A DNA stretch of 64,000 nt from Prochlorococcus sp. AG-436-C05 (lineage in GTDB: Bacteria > Cyanobacteriota > Cyanobacteriia > PCC-6307 > Cyanobiaceae), in the NCBI GenBank assembly GCA_003209795.1, contig QCPB01000002.1, positions 44,324 through 108,323 on the forward strand. The letters run 5' to 3'. The notes beneath the pieces are model-generated. The model was given only the letters and a program-made list of their open reading frames with translations, did not search any database and was not told the DNA's origin. Position numbers and translations under genes: made by a program. Positions 21,819 to 31,332 of this stretch are shown piece after piece (position 1 is the first letter of the stretch; each line of letters opens with the position of its first letter).

Positions 21819-23327
21819 ATGACCACTGCTTTGCAATCGCAGCCAAGAAAGCGTAAACGTCTTCAGGAAGTAAGTCTTCTTGAAGGACCTATGCTTCTCT
21901 TGCGCAGCATTCGTGGCTTTAGAACAAATCAATCATTGATTTGGCTAGCCACAGTACCATTAGCTTTATTTGGCTTAAGTATCTTTACTTTTGCTGCTAA
22001 GGCTGGGACTGATTTTGCTGACTTGACTGATGGTCAAGCTGCAAAATTCTTGGCTGACAACCTTTGGTTGTTTATTGCTACTATTCTCGTGATCTTCATG
22101 AACGCAGGTTTCGCTATGGTGGAAGCTGGCATGTGTAGATCTAAAAACGCTGTAAACATTCTTGCTAAAAACCTTTTTGTATTTGCTCTTGCAGTAACTG
22201 CATATTGGTTTGTTGGTTACTCCTTAATGTACGGAGATCCCGTAGCAGGAGGTTACTTATTTTTTAACCAATTTTTTGTAAATCCTGATCCTTCAAGTGC
22301 ACTTGAATGTGCTGCTGCAGGAGATACTGGATGTCTAGTCCCATCAGTTGATTTCTTATTCCAAGCAGCTTTCGCTGGAACTGCAGCCACAATCGTTTCT
22401 GGTTTGGTTGCTGAAAGGGTTAAATTCGGAGAATTTGTAATTTTCGCTATTGTCCTTTCTGGAATTATCTATCCAATCTCAGGAAGCTGGCAATGGAATG
22501 GTAATGGAGATGGTGGTTGGTTGAGCCAACTAGGTTTTATTGATTTTGCTGGTTCCTCTATTGTGCATTCAGTAGGTGGATGGGCTGGATTAGTAGGTGC
22601 TATGCTTCTTGGCCCTAGAATTGGGAAATTTGCCAGTGGAAAACCACAAGCGATGCCAGGACATAATATGGCTATCGCAACCCTTGGTGCTCTTATCCTT
22701 TGGATTGGTTGGTATGGATTTAACCCTGGCTCTGAGCTAGAAATGGATCAGTATGTTGCCTTCGTAGCAGTAACTACAACACTTGCAGCAGCGGGTGGAG
22801 CTATTGCAGCAACTGTATTGTCAACTCTCACATCAGGTAAGCCAGATTTAACAATGATCATTAATGGTATTCTTGCTGGCTTGGTAAGTATCACTGCAGG
22901 TTGTGGAAATATGACTTTTGCAGGTGCTTGGTTAGCAGGTGCTGTTGGTGGGATCATTGTCGTATTTTCTGTAGCCGCTTTGGACGCAGCAGAAATAGAT
23001 GATCCTGTAGGAGCATTCTCTGTTCACGGTGTTTGCGGAGTATGGGGAACAGTTGTAATTGGTTTATGGGGCGTTGATGGTATGGACCCCACCTCTGCAG
23101 GTATTGGAATATTAAATGCTGGTGCTGCTGGTATTAAAACACTAGGAGTTCAAGCACTTGGTGCTGGTGCTTATGCAATCTGGACTGTAGTTACTTGTTG
23201 GGTAGCTTGGTCAATTATTGGTGGATTGTTTGGAGGTATCCGTGTTTCAGAAGAGGAAGAGATTCAAGGTCTTGATATCGGAGAACATGGTATGGAGGCA
23301 TATCCTGAATTTGCTTCTACAAAATAA
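21819..23327 (+). CDS. amt1: Ammonium transporter
   Basis: FMNAGFAMVEAG, DFAGSSIVH, WIGWYGFNPGS, DDPVGAFSVHG (twin His), GLDIGEHG. Confidence 0.98.
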   Translation: MTTALQSQPRKRKRLQEVSLLEGPMLLLRSIRGFRTNQSLIWLATVPLALFGLSIFTFAAKAGTDFADLTDGQAAKFLADNLWLFIATILVIFMNAGFAMVEAGMCRSKNAVNILAKNLFVFALAVTAYWFVGYSLMYGDPVAGGYLFFNQFFVNPDPSSALECAAAGDTGCLVPSVDFLFQAAFAGTAATIVSGLVAERVKFGEFVIFAIVLSGIIYPISGSWQWNGNGDGGWLSQLGFIDFAGSSIVHSVGGWAGLVGAMLLGPRIGKFASGKPQAMPGHNMAIATLGALILWIGWYGFNPGSELEMDQYVAFVAVTTTLAAAGGAIAATVLSTLTSGKPDLTMIINGILAGLVSITAGCGNMTFAGAWLAGAVGGIIVVFSVAALDAAEIDDPVGAFSVHGVCGVWGTVVIGLWGVDGMDPTSAGIGILNAGAAGIKTLGVQALGAGAYAIWTVVTCWVAWSIIGGLFGGIRVSEEEEIQGLDIGEHGMEAYPEFASTK

Positions 23328-23349
23328 ATTTCTTTAGGGAAATTAATTT

Positions 23350-23377
23350 AAGCCTGGCAATAGCCAGGCTTTTTTTT
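23350..23377 (+). terminator. Rho-independent terminator of amt1
   Basis: AGCCTGGC-AATA-GCCAGGCT stem followed by a T run, 22 bp after the stop codon. Confidence 0.9.
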
Positions 23378-23411
23378 AAAAATTTTTAAATTTGTAGTAA
23401 ACTATATAATT

Positions 23412-24617
23412 ATGGATACTCAAGCTTTTAGAAGATCACTTCATCATTCGGATAGATATAACCGTAGGGGTTTTGATTCTCCTACGAAAAGAGCACAAGC
23501 ATTAGAAGAAGCTTACCAAAGTGATTTGATAAGTTCTATAAGAGATAACGGTTTCGCTTACAAAAAAGGTAGATTAAATATAAAATTAGCTCAAGCTTTT
23601 GGTTTTTGTTGGGGAGTGGAAAGAGCTGTAGCAATGGCTTATGAGACTAGACGCCATTATCCTAATGAGAATATTTGGATAACGAACGAAATAATTCATA
23701 ACCCTTCAGTTAATGATCATTTAAGAAAAATGAATGTGAAATTCATTGCAACAAAAAATGGTATTAAAGATTTTTCCATAGTTTCAAACGGCGATGTAGT
23801 TATTTTGCCTGCTTTCGGGGCGACTGTTCAAGAAATGAAACTTCTTCATGAGAAAGGATGTCATATCATAGATACAACATGTCCTTGGGTTTCAAAGGTA
23901 TGGCATACTGTTGAAAAGCATAAAAAACATATATTTACATCAATAATTCATGGAAAATTTAAGCATGAAGAGACTCTTGCAACGAGCTCATTTGCTGGAA
24001 AGTATCTAGTTGTACTTGATCTTGAAGAAGCAAATTATGTTTCTGACTATATTCTTGGGAAAGGTAATAGAAATGAGTTCCTTAATAAATTTGCTAAAGC
24101 TTTTTCAAATGGATTTGATCCTGATAAAGATTTAGATAGGGTCGGAGTAGCTAACCAGACAACTATGTTAAAAAGCGAGACAGAAGAAATAGGTAAATTG
24201 TTCGAAAGAACAATGTTAAAAAAGTTTGGACCAGAAAACTTAAATAGCCACTTTTTGGCTTTCAATACTATTTGTGATGCAACCGAAGAAAGGCAAGATG
24301 CAATGTTTTCTTTAGTTGATGAAGAACTTGATATTCTTGTAGTTATTGGGGGTTTCAATTCTTCAAATACTACCCACTTGCAAGAAATAGCAATCACTAA
24401 AAATATTACTTCTTTTCATATTGATGCACCGGAGAGGATTTCAGTTGAAAATAATTCAATATTACATAAACCTCTTGGCTCGGAGTTGGTTTTAAATAAT
24501 AACTTTTTACCCAGTGGAAATATTAATGTTGGAATTACCTCAGGAGCTTCTACTCCAGATAAAGTGGTGGCTGATGTTATTGAGAAATTAATAGAAATAT
24601 CTTCAAAAGATAGATAA
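23412..24617 (+). CDS. ispH: 4-hydroxy-3-methylbut-2-enyl diphosphate reductase
   Basis: [46 protein letters not shown]. Confidence 0.97.
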   Translation: MDTQAFRRSLHHSDRYNRRGFDSPTKRAQALEEAYQSDLISSIRDNGFAYKKGRLNIKLAQAFGFCWGVERAVAMAYETRRHYPNENIWITNEIIHNPSVNDHLRKMNVKFIATKNGIKDFSIVSNGDVVILPAFGATVQEMKLLHEKGCHIIDTTCPWVSKVWHTVEKHKKHIFTSIIHGKFKHEETLATSSFAGKYLVVLDLEEANYVSDYILGKGNRNEFLNKFAKAFSNGFDPDKDLDRVGVANQTTMLKSETEEIGKLFERTMLKKFGPENLNSHFLAFNTICDATEERQDAMFSLVDEELDILVVIGGFNSSNTTHLQEIAITKNITSFHIDAPERISVENNSILHKPLGSELVLNNNFLPSGNINVGITSGASTPDKVVADVIEKLIEISSKDR

Positions 24618-24673
24618 TTATTAATATTGCTTAGTTTTTCATTATTATTTAGAATGAAATAAAAAATAGAAGT

Positions 24674-25234
24674 ATGGAAGACAAATCTCAATCTAATCAA
24701 AATGTTACAACAAAAATGAATAGATCCAAAGCACCCCAAAAAGTAGAGGTAGTTGTAGCAAATTCAACTTCAGGATCTGATGTCAATATTCTAGGGGAAT
24801 TAGCAATTTTTATTTTACGAATTGGTTTTTGTGTTTTAATGATTCATCATGGCTTAGAAAAACTGGAGGATCCTCAGGGTTTTGCAGAATTTGTGGTTGG
24901 GAAGTACTTTCCCTTTTTGCCAGGTGATCCTGTGACCTGGACTTATGGCGCAGCTATAACTCAATTAGTTTGCCCATTAGGTTTGGCTCTGGGAATTTTA
25001 CCAAGACTATCTTCCTTGGGACTTTTATCAACCATGTCATTTGCTGTATATTTTCACCTATTAGATACAGGATTAGAAGGTTTCCCACTCGCAGTTGTTG
25101 AAGGGCATAATTATGCCTTCGAGTTGTCATTTATATATGCAGCTATTTCTCTTTATTTCTTATGTGCAGGCCCTGGGAAACTTGCCTTATTTAGAAAAAC
25201 CAACAAAATAACTTATTATCCAAAATCAAACTGA
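24674..25234 (+). CDS. DoxX-family membrane protein
   Basis: LRIGF..MIHHGLEKL, GILPRL, GPGKLAL. Confidence 0.8.
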   Translation: MEDKSQSNQNVTTKMNRSKAPQKVEVVVANSTSGSDVNILGELAIFILRIGFCVLMIHHGLEKLEDPQGFAEFVVGKYFPFLPGDPVTWTYGAAITQLVCPLGLALGILPRLSSLGLLSTMSFAVYFHLLDTGLEGFPLAVVEGHNYAFELSFIYAAISLYFLCAGPGKLALFRKTNKITYYPKSN

Positions 25235-25235
25235 T

Positions 25236-26789
25236 TTAATGTAGAAAATGCCTTTTTTGGGTGAATATCATAGATATTCCTTTTGCATTACACATATTAA
25301 TACTTTCTTCGTCTCTTAAACTACCTCCTGGCTGAATAATTGAACTGATACCATACTCATTTGCAAGTTCTACTGTATCTGAAAATGGAAAAAATCCATC
25401 GCTAGCTAGCACAGCTCCAGAACATTCTTCTTTAGCTGAATTCAATGCAATTTGCGCAGCTCCTACTCTATTCATTTGTCCTGCTCCAATTCCAATAGTT
25501 TTTCGATCTTTTGCAATTACAATGGCATTTGATTTGACATGTTTACAAATTTTCCATGCAAAATCTAAATCTAAAGCTTGCTGATCAGTTGGATTGTTTT
25601 TGGTAACTGAAGTCCAGTTCTCTTTAATATCTTTATTATCATCACTATCTTGAATTAATAATCCTCCCATTATTGATTTGGATGAAGTTTGTTTCTTCTG
25701 GGCTAGCATATTTTTAGACAATCTCAAAACTCTTAAATTCTTTTTGACTTTTAAGATTTCTAAGGCTTCTTTATCGAAAGAGGGTGCGACAACACACTCT
25801 AAGAAAATATTTGTAAGGTTTAACGCTGTTTCTTTATCTACGTTTGAATTAAAAGCAACAATACCGCCAAAAGCACTAACTGAGTCACATTCCAAAGCAT
25901 TTTTGAATGCATTTGATGCAGAGTTGCTGATAGAGCCACCACAAGGATTATTGTGTTTTAAAATTATAGATGCATATGAATTCTTGTTAAAATCTTCTTT
26001 TTGTTCATAGCCAAATTCCAAAACAGTTGAAAGTGCGGATTCAAGATCTAATAAGTTGTTATAACTTAACTCTTTGCCCTGCAATTGTTCAGCTGAATTC
26101 CAACCGATTTCACTGAATCCATACCAAAAGGCCTTTTGATGTGGATTCTCTCCATATCTTAAGGTTTTTATTAGTGGATAAGATTCAATATGCTTTGAGG
26201 GCAGTAAATTTTTTTCCTTACTTATCCAATTAGTTATTGCAGTATCGTAGTCAGCAGTATGTTGAAACGCCTCAAAAGCTAATTTCGCTTTATATTCTTC
26301 ATTTAGCGTTCCTTCTTTATTCTTTTCCAGAAAATCTTTATATTGAATTGGATCTACTAAAACAAAAACATCTTTATGATTCTTAGCTGCAGATCTAATC
26401 ATGGATGGACCACCTATGTCAATATTTTCAATTGCTTCGTCCCAGGAACATTTTGCTTCAGTTTTTTTCTTAAATGGATATAAATTAACTACGACTAAAT
26501 CAATTAGTTCAAGTTTGTTCATGTCTACATCTCTTTGATGTTTTTCATCTGACCTTTTCGCTAAAATACCTCCGTGAATTTTTGGATGGAGAGTTTTTAC
26601 TCTTCCTTCCAGAATTTCTGGAGAGTTTGTAAAGTCTGATACCTTTATAACTGGAATGTTTGCATCTGATAGGTATTTTGCAGTTCCGCCACTTGATAGA
26701 ATTTTATAATTAAATTTCTCAACTAACTCTTTACAAAAGGAAATGATATTTGTTTTATCCGAAACACTTACTAAAGCTAATGGTGACAT
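25236..26789 (-). CDS. purH: Bifunctional AICAR transformylase/IMP cyclohydrolase
   Basis: ALVSVSDK, GRVKTLHP, ENIDIGGP, LRYGENPHQ, SDGFFPF, IQPGGS. Confidence 0.97.
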   Translation of the reverse strand: MSPLALVSVSDKTNIISFCKELVEKFNYKILSSGGTAKYLSDANIPVIKVSDFTNSPEILEGRVKTLHPKIHGGILAKRSDEKHQRDVDMNKLELIDLVVVNLYPFKKKTEAKCSWDEAIENIDIGGPSMIRSAAKNHKDVFVLVDPIQYKDFLEKNKEGTLNEEYKAKLAFEAFQHTADYDTAITNWISKEKNLLPSKHIESYPLIKTLRYGENPHQKAFWYGFSEIGWNSAEQLQGKELSYNNLLDLESALSTVLEFGYEQKEDFNKNSYASIILKHNNPCGGSISNSASNAFKNALECDSVSAFGGIVAFNSNVDKETALNLTNIFLECVVAPSFDKEALEILKVKKNLRVLRLSKNMLAQKKQTSSKSIMGGLLIQDSDDNKDIKENWTSVTKNNPTDQQALDLDFAWKICKHVKSNAIVIAKDRKTIGIGAGQMNRVGAAQIALNSAKEECSGAVLASDGFFPFSDTVELANEYGISSIIQPGGSLRDEESINMCNAKGISMIFTQKRHFLH

Positions 26790-26822
26790 TGTAGAAAAAC
26801 TTGATTACTTAAGAATATAAAC

Positions 26823-27440
26823 ATGAAATACGATATCAATCATGAATTTGTTTCGATTACCTCTCAAACTGCAACGCATAGAATAATTTTGATTCATGGT
26901 TGGGGAGCTGATGCGGATGATCTTATACCTCTTGGAAGAGAGATTAAGGCAAATTCAAAAATTGATTTTGAGGTTATTGCTTTAAGAGCGCCAGGATTAC
27001 ATCCTAGTGGCGCTGGAAGGCAGTGGTATGGATTATACCCGCACGATTGGAACGCAGCAGAGGAAGAAGTTAATAGACTATTACTATCAATAAAAAAATT
27101 TGATATTAATCTAATCCCTCTCAAAAAAACAATCTTATTAGGTTTCTCTCAGGGCGCAGCAATGGCTATTGAGACAGGTTGTAAATTAGATTTAGGATTA
27201 ATCGTCTGCTGTAGTGGATATCCTCATCCAAACTGGCTTCCGGACAAAAATTGCCCACCAATGATAATCAGCCATGGTTTGATGGATGACATAGTTCCTA
27301 TTGAAGCTTCAAGATCTATATATGCAAAAGTTAATAGTAAATCTTCTAACTTTTGCGAATTAATAGAATTTAATGGCTATCATCAAATAGATTTAAATTT
27401 AATTGATATTATTAATTCAAAAATTAAAGATATTTTTTAA
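26823..27440 (+). CDS. Alpha/beta-hydrolase (phospholipase/carboxylesterase)
   Basis: HGWGA, GFSQGA nucleophile elbow, HG..DDIVP, His in GYHQI. Confidence 0.85.
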   Translation: MKYDINHEFVSITSQTATHRIILIHGWGADADDLIPLGREIKANSKIDFEVIALRAPGLHPSGAGRQWYGLYPHDWNAAEEEVNRLLLSIKKFDINLIPLKKTILLGFSQGAAMAIETGCKLDLGLIVCCSGYPHPNWLPDKNCPPMIISHGLMDDIVPIEASRSIYAKVNSKSSNFCELIEFNGYHQIDLNLIDIINSKIKDIF

Positions 27441-27805
27441 ACAAAAGCATATTCATATTCTTCAATCTCTTCCCAATCATCTGCAGATAGTTCTAAACCT
27501 TCAAAAATTCTTTCTTCTCCAATTCCTTCAACTACAACTTTTAGTGAGGGGAACAAGAAATGATTTTCTTCTGCATATTGAGCACTAAATAAACCTTTTT
27601 CTCCCCAAAAGAATCTATCTGTTGTATGTTCATTTCTTCTAACATTGAAAACTGAAGGTGCAGATAATGCATTTTCAGCTATAAATCTTCGTGCAGCTGT
27701 TACTGGCTTATGTTTGCCAGTTTCGATATGATAAATAGGTACATGAGCCATAACTCTTTGACCGGCCAGCCTTCTTCTGCTGATTCTCTTTCTTTTTTTT
27801 GACAT
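27437..27805 (-). CDS. DUF3155-family protein
   Basis: MSKKRKRISRRRLAGQRVMAHVP, HKPVTAARRFI, NEHTTDRFFWGEKGLFSAQYAEENHFLFPSL; AGGAG SD at 27815-27819 on the minus strand. Confidence 0.85.
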   Translation of the reverse strand: MSKKRKRISRRRLAGQRVMAHVPIYHIETGKHKPVTAARRFIAENALSAPSVFNVRRNEHTTDRFFWGEKGLFSAQYAEENHFLFPSLKVVVEGIGEERIFEGLELSADDWEEIEEYEYAFV

Positions 27806-27832
27806 TGATTGGTACTCCTGAAATTATAAATG

Positions 27833-27975
27833 AGATTAGTCTTAGTTTATTTTTACTAATCTAATATCTGTGATTTAGAATTTACTTCAAATTACACAGA
27901 GGACCCATCAACCTCTCATGTAGCATAAAATATGATCAAATGTTCATATTTTTAAGGTCGGTCAAAGTTTGACCT
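27833..27975 (-). ncRNA. Putative structured 5' leader / cis-regulatory RNA of the DUF3155 gene
   Basis: Five consecutive inverted repeats within 143 bp; minus-strand TAAGAT -10-like box at 27989-27984. Confidence 0.35.
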
Positions 27976-28058
27976 CTTTACTTATCTTAATACTTTTTTC
28001 AGATTTTACAAGTTTTTTTAAATTTTCGCAAAAAGAATTATTCAAAAATTGATTTACT

Positions 28059-29195
28059 ATGAAAATTTCCCAGAAATTTGAAGATCTCATTTTAAAACAA
28101 CTAGAGAGTTTCGGTTGCTCTATGGGAGTTACTCATTTAGTGATATATCTTGCTACAGCTAAGCAAGGAACTAAAGCCACTTTTGAAATCATTGGCCATT
28201 GGCCCCAATTTGATAGGCTTTTAATATCTATAGATGATGATCCTACACTGAAGGTGGCAGAACCTACTAGGAGATGGTACCCTCTACAAGAGAATGACAT
28301 TTTACTGGGTGTTCTTAGAGTAGAAACTAATTTTAAAGACGGTAATTGGCCAGTAAATCTTGATTCTAGGTTAAAAGCCCTCTCTGTTTCTTTAGCTAAA
28401 TGCGTTTCTATTGAAATGGAACGTCAAACTAGTAATGAAGAAATAAATTACTTAAAAAATCAGGTAAGTATTGTAATTCATCAACTAAGAAATCCATTGG
28501 CTGCTATTAGAACTTATGCCAAACTCTTAATAAAACGACTTGGATCAGATAATGACTCCATAGAAATTGTTGAAAGCATGATGGTAGAACAAAATCAAAT
28601 TAACCAATATGTTGACTCTTTTGAAAAATTAAACGTACCTATCAAACTCCCTTTAGACATAGGAGAAGAGAGGTTATTACTACCGCCTAATTTGGATAAT
28701 GAAAAAATGATTACTGTTCAGAATTTATTACTTCCAATATTAGAAAGAGGTAAAGCTAACGCAAAGTTAGAGAAAAGAGCTTGGACACAGCCTTCTTTTT
28801 GGCCAGCCTGGACATTAAAAGCAATTGAATCAAAATATGGAGTGATTGCTGAAATCGTAGCAAATGTATTAGAAAATGCATTTAAATATGCAAAAAAAGA
28901 TGCTGAGATTGGGATTACTTTTACCTCTAAAGGCCTTTTTGTGTTTGATGACGGGGAAAAAATAAAGAAAAATGAGAATGATAAAATTTTCCAGAAAGGT
29001 TTTAGAGGGGCAGCTTCTAAGAAAAAGGATGGTACAGGGGTTGGCCTTTTTTTGGCTAAAAAATTAGCAAAACAAATTGGTGGAGACTTAAAATTATTAA
29101 ATGGTAGTTCAACTCATGATTTTGATGAAATAAATACTCTTAAAAAGACAAATATTTTTTACTTAGAACTTCCTATAGCAGAATTGCATGAATGA
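28059..29195 (+). CDS. Sensor histidine kinase, Hik2/CSK-like
   Basis: H-box HQLRNPLAAIRTYAKLL, N-box NVLENAFKYA, G-boxes DDG and GTGVGL; N-terminal GAF-like region. Confidence 0.85.
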   Translation: MKISQKFEDLILKQLESFGCSMGVTHLVIYLATAKQGTKATFEIIGHWPQFDRLLISIDDDPTLKVAEPTRRWYPLQENDILLGVLRVETNFKDGNWPVNLDSRLKALSVSLAKCVSIEMERQTSNEEINYLKNQVSIVIHQLRNPLAAIRTYAKLLIKRLGSDNDSIEIVESMMVEQNQINQYVDSFEKLNVPIKLPLDIGEERLLLPPNLDNEKMITVQNLLLPILERGKANAKLEKRAWTQPSFWPAWTLKAIESKYGVIAEIVANVLENAFKYAKKDAEIGITFTSKGLFVFDDGEKIKKNENDKIFQKGFRGAASKKKDGTGVGLFLAKKLAKQIGGDLKLLNGSSTHDFDEINTLKKTNIFYLELPIAELHE

Positions 29196-29913
29196 ATAAC
29201 ATTAATGTTTCAACAATAACAACGCTTGCTCCGCAGGAATCTCCATTAAAACCGCCAATTTTTTTACCTAGAATATTTGGAATCTTATAACTTATAAAAC
29301 AGCCGATAAATAGAAGAAATAAATTTTTAATTAATTGTTGCTCTGAGTTTAATAAAACACATTGATATGTGATGAAAATTATAAGACAAATGATAGAGAT
29401 CAAGGATTCTTTGGTAAATCCATTCCAACACTTTTTGTGACTTATAGATTTTTTCTTGTAACTAATATAGTTAAATTGATCTATAAAAAATAAATTGGAA
29501 AATCGTCCCCAAAATAAGCATATTGGCAAAACAAATATTATTTGGTTGTGAATTTTTAAAAGACAAGCTATTTGAATTAAGGTTATGAAGACTATAGCCT
29601 GAACACCAAAAGAACCAACTTTACTATCTTTCATCGCTTTTAATCGTTTCTTTTTGCCAGCAAAAATACCATCAAAAGTGTCCATTAATCCATCTAGATG
29701 TAGACCCCCAGTAATTACATATCCAGAAGCTAAACAAAGCAGGACAGAAGCATAAATAGACCACGAATATTTTATTAAGAAAATAAAAATATAACTTTGT
29801 ATTAGTCCAATAAGGAATCCAAGAATTGGTGCAAATTGGGCAATATTCTTGAATCGGGGAGCAATGAAAGGTATCTTTGGAAAGGTCGTGTAGAAAATCC
29901 AAGCTCCTGCCAG
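29173..29913 (-). CDS. cobS: Adenosylcobinamide-GDP ribazoletransferase (cobalamin synthase); probable CTG start
   Basis: Frame is open 76 codons beyond the ORF-track start: LAGAWIFYTTFP...TGGLHLDGLMDTFDG...AMKDSKVGSFG...GGFNGD; in-frame TAA upstream with no ATG/GTG/TTG between. Confidence 0.88.
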   Translation of the reverse strand: MAGAWIFYTTFPKIPFIAPRFKNIAQFAPILGFLIGLIQSYIFIFLIKYSWSIYASVLLCLASGYVITGGLHLDGLMDTFDGIFAGKKKRLKAMKDSKVGSFGVQAIVFITLIQIACLLKIHNQIIFVLPICLFWGRFSNLFFIDQFNYISYKKKSISHKKCWNGFTKESLISIICLIIFITYQCVLLNSEQQLIKNLFLLFIGCFISYKIPNILGKKIGGFNGDSCGASVVIVETLMLFIHAILL

Positions 29914-30012
29914 GTTTCTAATTAAATGTTGTTTGATGGGACAAAAATGGATTTATTTATTGAATAATAAGTTAGATTAATAAAAAATAATCAAAAAATT
30001 TTATAATTTCTC

Positions 30013-31131
30013 GTGTTTGAATTTGAAGTTACCTCAAATTGCTGTAATACAGAAGCTCGAACAGGTATATTTCACACACCTAATGGTCGAGTTAATACTC
30101 CTAGGTTTATGCCTGTAGGTACTTTAGGGACAGTTAAAGGTCTATCATCACAACAGTTAAATTCAACAGGATCAGAAATTATTCTGTCTAATACATTCCA
30201 TCTTCATCTTCAACCTGGCGAGAAACTCGTTAAAGAGGCAGGTGGAATACATGAATTCATGAATTGGGATAAGCCAATTCTTACCGATTCAGGCGGATAT
30301 CAAGTTTTTAGCTTAGCTAAATTAAATAATATTTCAAATGAAGGAGTGGAATTTAAAAATCCTAGAGATGGTAGTCATGTGTTTTTATCACCTGAAAAAG
30401 TAATGCAGATACAAATGGATCTTGGTTCAGATATTGCAATGGCTTTCGACCACTGCCCACCTCATTCTGCAAATGAAAATGATATTGAAGACTCTTTGCA
30501 ACGTACACATTTATGGTTGCAAAAATGCGTTAAAACTCATCAGAAATCAAATCAAGCATTATTTGGGATCGTTCAAGGTGGTAAATACCCAAAGTTCAGA
30601 GAAATGAGTGCTAAATTTACTAGCTCTTTTGAGTTACCTGGAATTGCAGTGGGAGGTGTTAGCGTTGGAGAGTCAGTTGATCAAATCCATAATGTAATTA
30701 ATTTTGTACCAAAATTCTTGCCAATAGGAAAACCAAGATATTTGATGGGAATTGGTTCTTTAAATGAGATTAGATTAGCCATAGCAAAAGGATTCGATCT
30801 GTTTGATTGCGTTTTACCAACAAGATTAGGAAGACATGGCACTGCTTTGTTCAATGATGAAAGATTGAATCTGCGAAATGCTCGTTTTAAAAGTGATTTC
30901 TCTCCAATAGACAACACTTGTAAATGTGAAACCTGCCAATCTTATTCTCGAGCATATTTGCATCATTTAATTAGAAATGATGAAATATTAGGACTTACCT
31001 TGATCAGCTTGCATAATATCTCTCATTTAATACGATTTACCAATGCTATTTCTTCTGCAATTAAAGATAATTGTTTTACAATTGATTTCGCTCCTTGGAA
31101 AAATTCCTCCATTGCACGCCATACGTGGTAA
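30013..31131 (+). CDS. tgt: Queuine tRNA-ribosyltransferase
   Basis: [35 protein letters not shown], CxCxxC Zn site. Confidence 0.97.
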   Translation: MFEFEVTSNCCNTEARTGIFHTPNGRVNTPRFMPVGTLGTVKGLSSQQLNSTGSEIILSNTFHLHLQPGEKLVKEAGGIHEFMNWDKPILTDSGGYQVFSLAKLNNISNEGVEFKNPRDGSHVFLSPEKVMQIQMDLGSDIAMAFDHCPPHSANENDIEDSLQRTHLWLQKCVKTHQKSNQALFGIVQGGKYPKFREMSAKFTSSFELPGIAVGGVSVGESVDQIHNVINFVPKFLPIGKPRYLMGIGSLNEIRLAIAKGFDLFDCVLPTRLGRHGTALFNDERLNLRNARFKSDFSPIDNTCKCETCQSYSRAYLHHLIRNDEILGLTLISLHNISHLIRFTNAISSAIKDNCFTIDFAPWKNSSIARHTW

Positions 31132-31164
31132 CGTCTTAACATAATTAATTAATTCATTAAAAAG

Positions 31165-31305
31165 GTGCTAATTCTATTAAATACATTCGCTGAATTGCCT
31201 GAAGCTTATAAGGCTTTTGCTCCAACTGTTGATGTTCTTCCATTAATACCTATATTTTTCTTTTTATTAGTCTTTGTTTGGCAAGCTGCTGTTGGATTTA
31301 AATAA
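31165..31305 (+). CDS. psbK: Photosystem II protein PsbK (46 aa, GTG start; missing from the ORF track)
   Basis: [46 protein letters not shown]. Confidence 0.95.
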   Translation: MLILLNTFAELPEAYKAFAPTVDVLPLIPIFFFLLVFVWQAAVGFK

Positions 31306-31332
31306 AACTATTTTTATAGTAAATATTTAGTA

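Noticed and set aside
21819-23327. Higher GC of amt1 as a sign of distant horizontal transfer
   Set aside because: Explained by Gly/Ala-rich membrane-protein composition; third positions remain A/T-rich and the locus is syntenic.
29672-29902. 76-aa minus-strand ORF suggesting cobS is split or frameshifted
   Set aside because: It is an out-of-frame shadow; the true CobS frame is continuous through this region.
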